A stretch of 64,000 nt of DNA from an uncultured virus (IMG/VR IMGVR_UViG_3300021511_000004) (taxonomy: Duplodnaviria > Heunggongvirae > Uroviricota > Caudoviricetes), in the IMG/VR virus record IMGVR_UViG_3300021511_000004; one strand, given 5' to 3'. Of this stretch, positions 21,227 through 32,620 are shown piece by piece. Position 1 is the first letter of the stretch. Each line of letters begins with the position of its first letter. Both the position numbers and the translations under genes were made by a program. The notes under the pieces are model-generated. The model saw only the letters and a list, made by a program, of their open reading frames with translations. It searched no databases and was not told the origin of the DNA.

Positions 21227-21453
21227 AAATTATATTTTATCAATTTGTTCTTTCTTTCATCTTTAATAATCTTCTTTTCTTGGTAATGTTATACCCTCGA
21301 TAATAGCACATCCCATGTCATGATGATAAAAATTAATTTCCATATATTTTTTTAAGATACTGCATTTATATAGCAATAGACTTATATCTTGGCCTTTACA
21401 AATAGCAAAACATATACAGTCTATACAAGGCATTTTATCAGGACCAAAATCCA

Positions 21454-21795
21454 TTATTCGTCCCCTTCCTTTGATATTAGTTCATACCAGAGAGCTTCAC
21501 CTCTTTCAGTATCAGTTTTTATATATTCATGACCATCATAAACTGAACTGCCACCCATCACTTGATTTGGAGTTCCATCTATACACATGGACCCAGCTGG
21601 GTGGGTATCACAAAATAATCCCAATATACCGGGCATTCTTCCTCTTGCTTTTTCAACCCAGTCTATTTTTCCGGTAGCATAACAATATCCACATTTTTCA
21701 TAATAGTGAAACTCTTTACCCTTAAACTTAAATTTAATTATATGTTCTTTTTTCCCTTTGCATTTTTCACATATTTCATAACCTTCATCATTCAT
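21454..21795 (-). CDS. DnaJ-type Zn-finger family protein (CxxCxG..CxxCxxxGKIDWV)
   Basis: Motif shared with five other ORFs in the window. Confidence 0.7.
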   Translation of the reverse strand: MNDEGYEICEKCKGKKEHIIKFKFKGKEFHYYEKCGYCYATGKIDWVEKARGRMPGILGLFCDTHPAGSMCIDGTPNQVMGGSSVYDGHEYIKTDTERGEALWYELISKEGDE

Positions 21796-22045
21796 TAGAA
21801 GTTCCTTTTTAAATTATAGTAAAAGAACCATTTTCTTCAATAAATTTATTTAACATATTACATTTGGTTGCTGACATAAACGGATCATTTGTAATATAGT
21901 GATTTTCCAGACATAAACAACGAACAATACATTCTTTATATGGTGGATTATGTTTCATAAATGAATTTATTGTAGTTTCAAGTATGTACACATTATTTTT
22001 AGGTCCATGAAAATATTTTACCATTATATTCCTTTATGAATTAAT

Positions 22046-22124
22046 TGGTGAGAAGGACAGGAATTGAACCCGTGCAAACCGAGGACTTCACCCTCGTGCT
22101 ACTACCTAGCTGAGCTACCTTCTC
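22046..22124 (-). tRNA. tRNA-Phe(GAA)
   Basis: Cloverleaf; unusual loop GT-GAA-GT. Confidence 0.9.
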
Positions 22125-22162
22125 ATTAATTTGATGCCCAAAATAAATCTATATATTTAACA

Positions 22163-22408
22163 TTATTTCCCCTTAATATGAGCCCAAGCAGTCACCCCCA
22201 TATATGCACCTATTATTGATGCTGAAGCAAAGTAGTACCATGTAATTACTTCAGCAACAATTTTTAAGCGCTCTGGTGGACACCAATTAGTAAACAAAAT
22301 TAAATATGTTACTATAGTCATGGATATTAAAGATGTCCATGCCATTCTTCTTCGATTTTTCCACCTGACCCTTCCGTTCCCATTTTGGGTAGTAATTTCG
22401 TCAGACAT
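22163..22408 (-). CDS. Small two-TM membrane protein (holin-like)
   Basis: RWKNRRRMAW followed by two hydrophobic helices. Confidence 0.5.
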   Translation of the reverse strand: MSDEITTQNGNGRVRWKNRRRMAWTSLISMTIVTYLILFTNWCPPERLKIVAEVITWYYFASASIIGAYMGVTAWAHIKGK

Positions 22409-22440
22409 TATATTGTCCTCACAACTAAATATTTTGACTC

Positions 22441-23238
22441 TTAAAACAATTTATCTATAATTTGTTCAACAGGATTGAATCCAAGCATTTCAATATAAGG
22501 TTCACTAAAATTGGGTGTAGGATTATTTTCTATGACTGTTGGGCCATCTTTAGTGATAATAATATCTATACCATTAATAGAAGCTTTTATTGACTCACTT
22601 GCTGCAATAGCAATTTCTTCAACTTCTTGTGGAATGACATCTAATTTTTTTGTTTTAGAACCTTTGTTTACTGCACCCATCCATCCATTTATCAAACTTC
22701 TTGTAAAACCAAATAGAATTTCTCCATTACAAACACAAATACGATAATCAAATGGTAAAGTTGATTTTACATACTCTTGTAAAATATATCCTGAAAATGA
22801 TTTAAAATGTTTTAATTCTTCTTCATTATCACATTTTTTTAATCCGATACATCTACCAGACATAGCTGGTTTTATTATTACAGGATATTTAATTTCTTCC
22901 AATTCATATATTTTGGGCGTAGAAACACCAAAGTACTTCATTCGGTTTGATGAAAATTTTTTATCACAATCTGCTATTGCTGCTATAGTTGAATTTATGA
23001 ATATAATATTTTCATATATAGACATAAGATTAAGTACGTAATTAGTTAAATCGAAATTTATATCTCTTTTAGCAACACTAGGCATAACTCTGTTTAAAAT
23101 AACATCGAACTCATGAGCACATTTGAAATTAAAATCATTGATATGTTTCTGAGTAACTACATGTCTTTTGATTTTTAAATATTTAACCATTTGTTGTTCA
23201 CACCATTCAAACGAATTATATAACATTAATATTTTCAT
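22441..23238 (-). CDS. RimK-like ATP-grasp ligase
   Basis: YPVIIKP, ILQEYV, DYRI, GIDII, IENNPTPNF. Confidence 0.85.
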   Translation of the reverse strand: MKILMLYNSFEWCEQQMVKYLKIKRHVVTQKHINDFNFKCAHEFDVILNRVMPSVAKRDINFDLTNYVLNLMSIYENIIFINSTIAAIADCDKKFSSNRMKYFGVSTPKIYELEEIKYPVIIKPAMSGRCIGLKKCDNEEELKHFKSFSGYILQEYVKSTLPFDYRICVCNGEILFGFTRSLINGWMGAVNKGSKTKKLDVIPQEVEEIAIAASESIKASINGIDIIITKDGPTVIENNPTPNFSEPYIEMLGFNPVEQIIDKLF

Positions 23239-23536
23239 GATTTTTATTTCCCTTCGTAACTGTTTTGGTTGATTTATTAATTCAATTTTTCTATGGTTAG
23301 ATCATGGAATTTCTGCGTTTGTTCTTTTTTGTGTTTTGCATCTACTGGGTGTAAACTCCCAAATTTAATCCCTTTTTTATCAATGTGTTGATGTAAAATT
23401 TGTTCTTTCTTTTTCTCAGTCATTGTGTCTCCTTTTCAATGATTCACTTGCGGGATGCAGCTTCTCAAGGACATTGCCTCAATCGGATAACCTCTGTTGT
23501 TGCTACTTTCGATCTGGTCACTATCTATCCCGCGTT

Positions 23537-23613
23537 TGGAGCGGATGATCGGGTTCGAACCGACAACCTGTAGATCGGCAACCTACTGCTCTGCCTATTT
23601 GAGCTACACCCGC
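23537..23613 (-). tRNA. tRNA-Gly(GCC)
   Basis: Canonical cloverleaf. Confidence 0.95.
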
Positions 23614-24095
23614 CTTTTCAATAATGTAAATATTACTGAATTAAATTGCCACAAAATTCCTTTAATTTGACTTGGTAAGTGTGTATAATTTTTTCTTTTA
23701 ATATGTTTTATAGTTGATTTTATAAAAGCAATAGTTCCCATTACATGAAAGTAAAAGAAACAATATCTACCTGTTCTCTCCACTTATACTTTTATTTTGT
23801 TATCCACAGATTATTGACAATTAGGCTTCAAGGGACAATTCATCCACCATATAGGTATAATAGCCTTTGTCTCATTTTAATTCTGGGTGCATACTGTTAA
23901 ACTATCCAACTATCCGTAAATTCTGTTGGAGTCAAACTATTTTTTGAAATTTTCTTTTTAATATTTATGAGCTGCTCTTTAATATCTTCTGGTAATTTTT
24001 CCCATGCTAAGCCTCTAGCTTCTTCAATATTAGATGCTTCTCCGAGCGATTTTCTTCCACAATCAAAGAATACAGGTTTATATTTTTTGTTCATT

Positions 24096-24623
24096 TTAAT
24101 CCCACCATCCTTCAATGTGTTTTTTCATATAATCAAAAAGGTAATCTATATCTTGTTTTCTCATTTTTCTTTCATGATCACATATTCTGTGAAATTCTTT
24201 TTTATTTTGTTTTTCATCTTCTTTTGTTCTAACGTGTTTGTGCGTTATTTCAAGCATAGAGCAACCATGTTCATCATCAGGGATTTCAACCCAATCAAAT
24301 TTTGGTCTCCCCCATTTTTTATGATATTCTATAGATGCATTTTCATGATATTCATCTGCCATTAAACGTTCTAAAAGATTAATACATCTTTTCATTTGTT
24401 TAGCTTGCCGTTTTGAATATAATGCCATAGCTTTACCGCTATTGAATGCTTTTACCATATGTTTTAATTTATGGTTTAAAATTAGATATATAAAGTAATG
24501 ATCCCAATCTCTATTTTTCCATATTACAGGAAACCATTTTATTAAATTCAATACTCCATATTTTATATCATATGGTACATCTTTTATTTTCTGTATGATA
24601 AAGTGTATGTTCATATTTACCAC
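24096..24623 (-). CDS. Phage hypothetical protein
   Basis: WFPVIWKNRDWDH...WWD pattern. Confidence 0.6.
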   Translation of the reverse strand: MVNMNIHFIIQKIKDVPYDIKYGVLNLIKWFPVIWKNRDWDHYFIYLILNHKLKHMVKAFNSGKAMALYSKRQAKQMKRCINLLERLMADEYHENASIEYHKKWGRPKFDWVEIPDDEHGCSMLEITHKHVRTKEDEKQNKKEFHRICDHERKMRKQDIDYLFDYMKKHIEGWWD

Positions 24624-24977
24624 CCTTCATAATCTGTTAGATTTAATTCTTCACCACAAATACATGTGACTATGGTTATTAAACCCAAACTAGTAGGAGT
24701 AAACTGAAAAGTTATTCTTCCTCCTATAGCACCTGCATTTTTAACAGAACAAACTTTCTTATGTTCTTCTAACCATACCCTATATTTCTTTACATCTTCT
24801 TTTGTGAGATAAAATTCCATTTCTTTATCTTCTTTTTTAAAACAAGGACAGTTTTCATGTCTGCTGCGAGGGCACCCTTTTTTAGTCACCTCACATGTAT
24901 AATGACCAAAAGACGTCCATTCTCTATACTTACAAATTTTTTGAAATTCTTGATATTCTTCGATCATTTTTCACCTC

Positions 24978-25055
24978 TGGAGCGAGTGACACTTTTCGAT
25001 TATGTGTGACCTTCCCAGCGGTAACCAGGACGCTCTGCCTCTGAGCTACACCCGC
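24978..25055 (-). tRNA. Aberrant tRNA-Gly-like gene (ACC?) with remodelled anticodon and T loops
   Basis: Gly-type acceptor GCGGGTG/CACTCGC-UCCA and normal D arm; 11-nt T loop. Confidence 0.6.
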
Positions 25056-25304
25056 ATATGGATTTATGACTCAAGTATTTCGGTTTCTATAAATTTACGA
25101 CTACCGCCAATTACATGACCATCTCTGGTAGCATGATATGAACTTAAATGATATTTACTAAACCAATCTTTGATAATTTCTTTTATAGTCCAACCGTTTA
25201 TTTCACTTCTTTTATCATCATGCATTTCAATATAGTAATCTTCTGTAAAAGTAACTCTTATTATTTTTATTTTGGGTTCACTCATTTAAAATTCCTTTCC
25301 AAGT

Positions 25305-25388
25305 TGGAGCGGCCGACAGGATTTGAACCTGCGATGCCGAAGCGGGAGGTTGGAAACCTCCTGTAGTACCAGACTCTACAACGGCCGC
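25305..25388 (-). tRNA. tRNA-Gly(UCC) with extended variable arm
   Basis: Cloverleaf; V-arm GC-TTCG-GC. Confidence 0.9.
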
Positions 25389-25397
25389 TCAAAAGTA

Positions 25398-25476
25398 TGG
25401 TGGCGACACCTGGATTCGAACCAAGGGGGCCACAGAATTATCGGTTCTGTGCTCTACCAGACTGAGCTATGCCGCC
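25398..25476 (-). tRNA. tRNA-Ile(GAU)
   Basis: Cloverleaf; C33; bulged T stem. Confidence 0.9.
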
Positions 25477-26252
25477 ACGTTTAATTAAACTTATCAATAA
25501 TCAACCTAGTTATACCAAAGAAGAACATTGAAACACTCAATAAAATTGAGATTAAAAGAAACAGTTCCCATACTTTTTTATTTTCTCCATGTTGAGTACA
25601 CCAATTCCATTTTTCTTTATCTAAGCATATAGCTGTGCAGCAAGCTTGAACCAAGCATGATTTACAGGGGTCTTTTTTAAAGAAAGTATAATAATATACA
25701 TTATATATGTCAATTGTCATTTCTCGCCAAGCATGTTTCATTAGAGTTTCTTTAAATTATCTTCATTATAAAGTTTGTTCTTCTTTTATCTCAGGCTTCT
25801 TTTCAACTTTCTTTTTACGATTTAAAAGATGACCGACTTCTTTCTGCAATACCCTGAGTTTATATAATTTAATTTCTTGTATCAATTCTTTTAATTTTTT
25901 ACCTTTAAAATCATAGTTGAACGGTTTTTTAAGATCGGCATAGAAAAAGTTTGTATGAAAGCAATATGCGATAACAAGTTCCGATTCATGTTCAGGCCAT
26001 GTCATTTCTTTTAATATTTTCATTCTATTAGGATCTTCATAATGTACAAATCTAGATCCTGTATCTATCCATTGTTCTGGATGTTCTCTTATAGATTTTA
26101 CTATATCATCTATGATTTGATCTCGATCAAGCATTAGAGCAGATACAGAAGTAACAGAAAACAATAATATTAACATAACAATAGCTATTCGTATCTTCAT
26201 ATTCACCTCTCACTCTCCCTCACAGGCCAGTCAAGGAGAGTTCTCATTTTCC

Positions 26253-26696
26253 TTATATTAAGATTAAGCTTTTCATCATTCTATCATATAACACCAGATA
26301 TATTGCAGCAGCTAAGTTAACACAATGCTTACTAGGTATAACAACAAATCTATGACAATGTTTAAGCATAATTTGTGGAATACTTCCATCCTCTGGACCA
26401 AAAACATATATAGCATGTTCTGGATGTTCAAAGAAAGGAAGAGACTCTGCATTTTCTCTCAGTTCAATAGCAACAGGAATAACATTTTTATCAAATCTGT
26501 TGAATGGATATTGATCGTTTAATAATGTAACATCTTTATATCCTTTCATTCTTTCTTCTCTTGGAAGTCGATATCCCTTAACATCAGATGGTTCAAGTGA
26601 TACACGATCTCCAGTAAAGATAATAAGATCTGAACCAAAGCATGATGCTGCTCTTACTGCTGCCCCAACATTATAAGGATATTTAGGATTATGCAT
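26253..26696 (-). CDS. SpoU/TrmH (SPOUT) RNA methyltransferase
   Basis: NVGAAVRAASCFG, VFGPEDGSI, CVNLAAA. Confidence 0.85.
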   Translation of the reverse strand: MHNPKYPYNVGAAVRAASCFGSDLIIFTGDRVSLEPSDVKGYRLPREERMKGYKDVTLLNDQYPFNRFDKNVIPVAIELRENAESLPFFEHPEHAIYVFGPEDGSIPQIMLKHCHRFVVIPSKHCVNLAAAIYLVLYDRMMKSLILI

Positions 26697-27625
26697 TATA
26701 ATCGCCGGAGTTCTAGATGGACCAAATAACTTTTCCTTTTTTTCTCACAGTATGTTGAGTATGTAATTCAAATTCAACTTCTTTTTCTTTCATGTGATTC
26801 CTTTCTTGATTGATCCTGTGATACCTCAGTTAATACTTCCTTAAATGACACTTTATATCTTTTACATGCTTTTATAACATTACGAAGACATGATTTAATT
26901 ATTTGTTTTGGAATCATAATTCACCCCTTATTCATGGCTTGTGATACCCAATCTGTTGTTCTAAAGAAAGCGTGATCTTCACAAGAATTCATATCTACAA
27001 CTTTTATTATTTTAAGATTGTCATCTGATTTGATAAAATTATATAACATTTGATTAAAATATCCTTTGTAGTGATCATTCACTTCAATTTGATATCCATC
27101 AAACATATAGATTGTTATTTGGATATAAAGAGCAAATTCATGAGTATATATTGTTTTTATTTTATCTATATGTAACCATATTTGATTTTCATGATCTTTA
27201 AAAACGATTATTTTCACTTTTTCACCTTAGCTTGGCATGAATATTTCTTCTCTTTCTGTGTAATACTTAATATTTGACAGACCAGGTTCAGCTGGTAAAA
27301 TTTGAAGACCTTCCCAACAACCAGCACTATTCACACTAAATATAGCAATAATTACTTGGTCTTTTTCTAATTGAAATATTCTATAACTATCATATGAAGG
27401 TCTTTTATAACGAATATAGTAAGGATCATAATCAAGAAATATTTTTTCAAAGTGTTCTCTTGCCTCATATTCAATCTCAAGATCATCTACATGTCGTCTG
27501 AAATTCATAGCTGTCATTATTCTTTCTTGTTCTTTTAATATTAGTTCTTTTATAGTTTGATCTTCATCACTAACAAGCACAAAAATTGATGCTTCTCTAG
27601 ACATTTTTTATTTCCTTTCAAAAAT

Positions 27626-27713
27626 TGGCTCCGAGGGCAGGGATCGAACCTGCGATGGTCTTTCGACACGGGTGGTTAACAGCCACCTGCTACTGCCACT
27701 GAGCGACCTCGGA
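27626..27713 (-). tRNA. tRNA-Asn(GUU) with long variable arm
   Basis: TCC acceptor, G73; V-arm GTC-GAAA-GAC. Confidence 0.9.
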
Positions 27714-27906
27714 GCAATATTATGTTTCCCACCATCTTTCACAAAATTCGTCAATTGTTTCAAGAGATGCTATTATTCTATCTTTTTGAAGATGATTTGA
27801 ATTTCCTACTATTTCTATTGCAGAAGATAGATCTTCCATACATTCTGTTTTAATTTCAAATTCCGTCTTATCATTCGCCATAATCCATTCTCCTTATTAT
27901 TTATTG

Positions 27907-28003
27907 TGGTACCCCTGGTAGGAATTGAACCTACAACCTCACGCCTATCTAGCGCCAACTCCGGGCATAAACCGGATGCTCTGCCTTATTGAGCTACAGG
28001 GGC
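27907..28003 (-). tRNA. tRNA-Ile(UAU)-type with 25-nt variable region
   Basis: TCCGG-TT-TAT-GC-CCGGA; G37. Confidence 0.8.
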
Positions 28004-28227
28004 TTATAATTTTTTGCACATAGATATGCATTCTCAACTGTTAAATATGTTGTATTGCTTCGCCTGCTGTCATTTTATTTTCAATTGTCTGTTTGACCAT
28101 ATCACCTGCTTGGGCATATTCTTTAGTTTTATAAATGTATATTGCGTAATCAATACACCGTTTTGTGCAGCAAGCTCTAACTATACATTTATCACATGGT
28201 TTTTCCATTTGATGACCTTTCTTTGGA

Positions 28228-28302
28228 TGGTGGAGGTGAGGGGATTCAAACCCCTGGCAGCCTGATTGCAGGTCAGGAACTCTCTCGCTGAGCTACACCC
28301 CC
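28228..28302 (-). tRNA. tRNA-Ala(UGC)
   Basis: G3:U70, A73, C33. Confidence 0.9.
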
Positions 28303-28887
28303 ATTTTGTTTTTTAAAATTATTTATATAAACTAATATTTTTTCTTCTATTAAATGTTTATATTTAGTATGCATATACCAATGATGATTTAAACAAAGAG
28401 GAATTAAATTATCTGATTTATTATTTTCTCTATTTTCATCAATATGGTGAGCCTGAACTATATTTTCTTCTCCACAAATAAGACATTTATCTCCATGATT
28501 ATCAAAACAAATTTTTCTATAATTTTTTGCTCCTCCATTATTAAAATTCCAGTGTTGATCACCAAGCTTCTTAAAGAGGTTATTTCCACATTTATGAGAA
28601 CATGTTTTTGTATTTTTATAATCTTTGATTGGTTTATTACATACTGGGCATGGAGTTAAATTCTTTGGATTTAAATAACAAAATTCTTCATGCCTTTTAA
28701 TTTGAGCATATTTTTGACTACAGTATTGACATTCATGATATGTATAATTTCTTTCACCCAAACTATTCTTCTTTTTTAATTCTGGGCATTTATTTTTGCT
28801 ATCTTGACAAATCCAATTACCATTTTTCAGCTGATATTTTCCTTCTTGTCCGCATCCATAAATACAAAAGTTCATGATTCTTTCCAC
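28273..28887 (-). CDS. HNH endonuclease overlapping tRNA-Ala
   Basis: CIYGCG module; CLICG..AHHIDENRENN..NLIPLCLNHH. Confidence 0.85.
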   Translation of the reverse strand: MERIMNFCIYGCGQEGKYQLKNGNWICQDSKNKCPELKKKNSLGERNYTYHECQYCSQKYAQIKRHEEFCYLNPKNLTPCPVCNKPIKDYKNTKTCSHKCGNNLFKKLGDQHWNFNNGGAKNYRKICFDNHGDKCLICGEENIVQAHHIDENRENNKSDNLIPLCLNHHWYMHTKYKHLIEEKILVYINNFKKQNGGVAQRESS

Positions 28888-29292
28888 CTTTTGAATTTTG
28901 TTCTTAATAATTATGGATGTAATGCAAGATGGATAATTACCCCATTAAATCTGTTTATCGAAAATTCTAAAAGCTGTATGTCTTACTTCAACTTTAAATT
29001 CTTTTCTTATAATACTAGGTTCTATTTGATGAATATCTGTTATAATCTTTGCTGCATCTAATTCCATTCCCTCTGATTTAGCAACATTTTTTATAGTTGT
29101 GTCAGTTAATTTTTGGAGATTGGTATTGTAATTTTTCTCCCAAGCATTCAATATCATGTTTGTTTTTTCAGCTTTTTCTTTAAGAGGTAGTCCATGTGTT
29201 TGTGCATTTATTAAGAACATGATAAGATCATATGATATTTGTAACTTGTAAAAATTTGTTAATTGATGCTCCATCTACAACTCCTTTTTATG

Positions 29293-29370
29293 TGGCGCCT
29301 GCGACGGGAATTGGACCCGCTACTCAAGATCGACAGTCTCGTATAGTTCACCACCTACTACCACGCAGGC
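29293..29370 (-). tRNA. tRNA-Asp(GUC)
   Basis: Cloverleaf, G73; T loop TCCAATT. Confidence 0.85.
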
Positions 29371-29669
29371 ATTATTTTATATATCTAAATGTTTTGGATC
29401 AAAATGAAAAATTTGTGATTTGATATTCATGACTTTCATAGTAAATCTTCCATAACGTATATATTCAGGCGAACGAGGTTTACAGTATTCTACATTTAAA
29501 CCATTTAGTATAGCTATTTCTTTTATTTGATCAGTTTTATATCCCCTGAATATGTAAATACATCTCCTATTTTTAGTTTTTTGAAAAATGCATTTCTGTT
29601 CATAATGATAGCTAAAAATGGAATACTTTTTTGTCTTTTTGCAACTAACCCCCCATATATCTCCTTTTG

Positions 29670-29741
29670 TGGCAGGGCGACGGAGAATCGAACTCCGCTT
29701 AGAGGGTTTGGAGTCCTCTGTCGTCACTCAGAACCCGCCCT
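29670..29741 (-). tRNA. tRNA-Trp(CCA) with reduced D arm
   Basis: AGG acceptor, G73, 72 nt, A31.C39 mismatch. Confidence 0.8.
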
Positions 29742-30360
29742 ATATTTTTTAATTCTTGTGATATATTGTGGTAACTCAGATTTCCATTCTTCTGAAAAAG
29801 AATATAGTTCACCATTTTTAATAAGGCCACTTATCATACTTTTAACTGCCATGGGAGTCGATTCATAATATGCTTCTATTTGTTCTCTCGACATTTTATT
29901 TGGAAAACCATTTATAATTTTATTCATAAATTTAAAGTGCTCTATACAATATATTCTACAACAAGCATTTACAATGCAAATTTTACAAGGATATATGAAG
30001 TCCATTATAAATCCAAATTATTTGCATCAAATAAAAATGAGGCTGATTGTTTTTCTGATATGGCTGCTGTTGCTGGCATAAGATCTTTTGCTGACCAGTT
30101 ATAACTTTCTTTACAATCAAATCGAATAGCCGTTCTTAAAATATTTTTAACTCTTTGTACTGTCCCTTTATACTTATCCATATGTTCATTCCAACCAAAA
30201 TCGCGTTTTGTATGTTTGCAAAGTTCTGAAACACTAACATACATATTTTCTTTTACATCTGATAAATCCATTAGATATCCTTTATTAAAGTGGCGGCCTA
30301 CTTTGGAATCTTCCTCTATAACGACGAAGATGAGCGCTCCTATCCGTTTCGGCCATAAAC

Positions 30361-30439
30361 TGGTGATTCCGGCGGGATTTGAACCCGCGATCTTCAGATT
30401 GAAAGTCTGATGTCCTAGTCCAGACTAGACGACGGAATC
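30361..30439 (-). tRNA. tRNA-Glu(UUC)
   Basis: Canonical cloverleaf. Confidence 0.93.
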
Positions 30440-30941
30440 ATTTTGTACCTTCTCGGCATTTATCGCATAATGTTGCTTTCCAATAACCTTCAACATTTAC
30501 TTTTCCGGGTTTGCCACATCTTTCGCAAGTTTCGTATGAGTTATATTCAGCATCGCTAATGGCATCTGAAATTTTTTCTTCTGTTGTCATATATAATTTT
30601 CTTTTGAAATGTATAATTTTCCAGTATAGTCTTCCCCATTTTCTTTTAAACATAAAATGACTAATTATATAATTAACCTTATTTATAAAAGTTTCTGGAG
30701 ATTCAGTGCCATAATAAAATCGTAACCCACCAAATTTTTCTTTTACTTGGTGAGCAGTAACCTTTATATCTTTATTACCAATTAACAAAGTAATTTTTTC
30801 ACATAAATTATGAATGAGATCATACCAACCATCTCCACATTCAAATCCCCAGTGCATACAGGTGTCTCTCATATCTCCACCATAATCTTTAAATATAACT
30901 GGGAATTTTTCAACTAGCTGTAGTTCGAGTTCTTTTTTCAT
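30438..30941 (-). CDS. Phage hypothetical protein
   Basis: GFECGDGW, QVKEKFGGLRFY, CERCG..TLC. Confidence 0.7.
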   Translation of the reverse strand: MKKELELQLVEKFPVIFKDYGGDMRDTCMHWGFECGDGWYDLIHNLCEKITLLIGNKDIKVTAHQVKEKFGGLRFYYGTESPETFINKVNYIISHFMFKRKWGRLYWKIIHFKRKLYMTTEEKISDAISDAEYNSYETCERCGKPGKVNVEGYWKATLCDKCREGTK

Positions 30942-31486
30942 GTTACTAACCCCTTAATATCAAAATGAAATATTTGTGGTTCCTTTTCTGGAGGACATAC
31001 TTCAGTTAAGTCTTTTGGATGCCATGTCCAACCTTCAATGTCTGCAGCTAATCCATAATGAGTATCTTTGACTCTTTGAATTACATATTGTTTTTCTCTC
31101 ATATCTTTCATTGCAGCATTTACAGTATGCGTTCGTCTCGTATTAGAAAGATCTTTTGATATAACAATACGCATACCCTTTGTCATTTCTAATTCGTTCA
31201 TATTTCTAACCTTTCGACATCAAAATGAAATATATGTGCTTTCTTTTCCGGCACAGATATTTCAGCCAAATCATGATAATGCCAATAGAAAGAGTTAATC
31301 ATTGCAGCTTTTCCATATTTGGTGTTTGTAATACTATCAATTCTATATTGTTTGCCTGCCATATTTCTCATTTCTCTGGTTAGTGTGTGTGTTTGACTTG
31401 TTCTATAAGGATCATCTGATATAGTAATATGCATACCTTTTTCCATTTCACTTTCTTTCATTATTCACCTATTTTTTGTTAAGGTT

Positions 31487-31875
31487 TGGTGGAGGCGGTC
31501 GGAGTTGAACCGACGTCCACAAAAGTTCAAATCAAGTATCTACACTCATAGCTAACTTTTAAAATTCTTTAACACCACGTTCAATGACGGAGTTAGCAAA
31601 ACAACAGTGCTAAAGTAGCCCATTTGCTGGTAGTTTTCAAAACATAAATGCCAGTGTACAGAACTAATTGCCCATTTATATTTCTATCTCTCTAGTCGAC
31701 GCCCCATCCCAATCCGAGAGAATGAAAGGGTGGAACGGATTATGCCGCTAGGGCAAGATCTTCGTAATAATCATCTGCGATTATATTTAAGTGGTCATGT
31801 TTTTATACGGAGTCACATACCATCTCCGGAGTGCAACCATCATCTCTTCTTCTATGTCGAAGCCATTTCGCCCCC
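31487..31875 (-). ncRNA. ssrA: tmRNA; tag (A)ADDYYEDLALAA*
   Basis: 5' GGGGGCGAAATGGCTTCGAC, 3' T arm and CGCCTCCACCA with G3:U, internal tag ORF ending LAA. Confidence 0.95.
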
Positions 31876-32080
31876 ATATTGTTTTAATATAATATTGGAA
31901 AACTAATAAGATAACCTTCAACATCTGATAATTCAATAGTTTCTTTTGAAGTCTTACATATCCAACCTCTATGGACATCTTCTTCAATATCAATAATAGT
32001 TTCCCAAACATGATTTATAAATATTTGGTCAGATTGTAGACGTTTCCATTTACAGTACGCATTCTCACATTCTTTGTAAT

Positions 32081-32620
32081 TCATGGCAAGTTCATTAAAA
32101 TGTTTTTTACAACGTTTCCATCACAACCTTTAAATTGTTTCATGATTGGTCCCATTGCTTGCATTTTATTTTTATAAATTGAAAAGCCTATATTTTCATA
32201 TATCCATGCAGAAATTTCTTCCTCTGTTGCTTGTTTGGGAAGATATTCTTGTGCAATTTCAATCTTTGGAGAAGTTAATGAATTACCCAATTCTTGAAAT
32301 TTTTTATTAACTAACTTTTTTAATTCCGCAGGGCTAATTCCATTAATATCAGATTCAGTTATATATTTATCAGAATATAATAATCTTTCTTTTTCATTTT
32401 TGATATATTTTTTCAATAATTTAATAGTATCATCATCAGTTGCATCAGCTGGTTTTACACCAATTTCAGGAAACATGCTTATAATTGCTCTAGCAACAGT
32501 TTTTTGTGCAATTGCCATACTAAATTTATCTTCTGCAACAACTCCATGCTTTCTTAATTTTATTTCTATAGACATAAATGTTTTAAGATCTTCTCTTATT
32601 CGTTTCAATATTTCAGACAT
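32081..32620 (-). CDS. GatB/YqeY-domain protein
   Basis: EIAQEYLPKQATEEEI...MGPIMKQFKG..DGNVVK. Confidence 0.75.
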   Translation of the reverse strand: MSEILKRIREDLKTFMSIEIKLRKHGVVAEDKFSMAIAQKTVARAIISMFPEIGVKPADATDDDTIKLLKKYIKNEKERLLYSDKYITESDINGISPAELKKLVNKKFQELGNSLTSPKIEIAQEYLPKQATEEEISAWIYENIGFSIYKNKMQAMGPIMKQFKGCDGNVVKNILMNLP

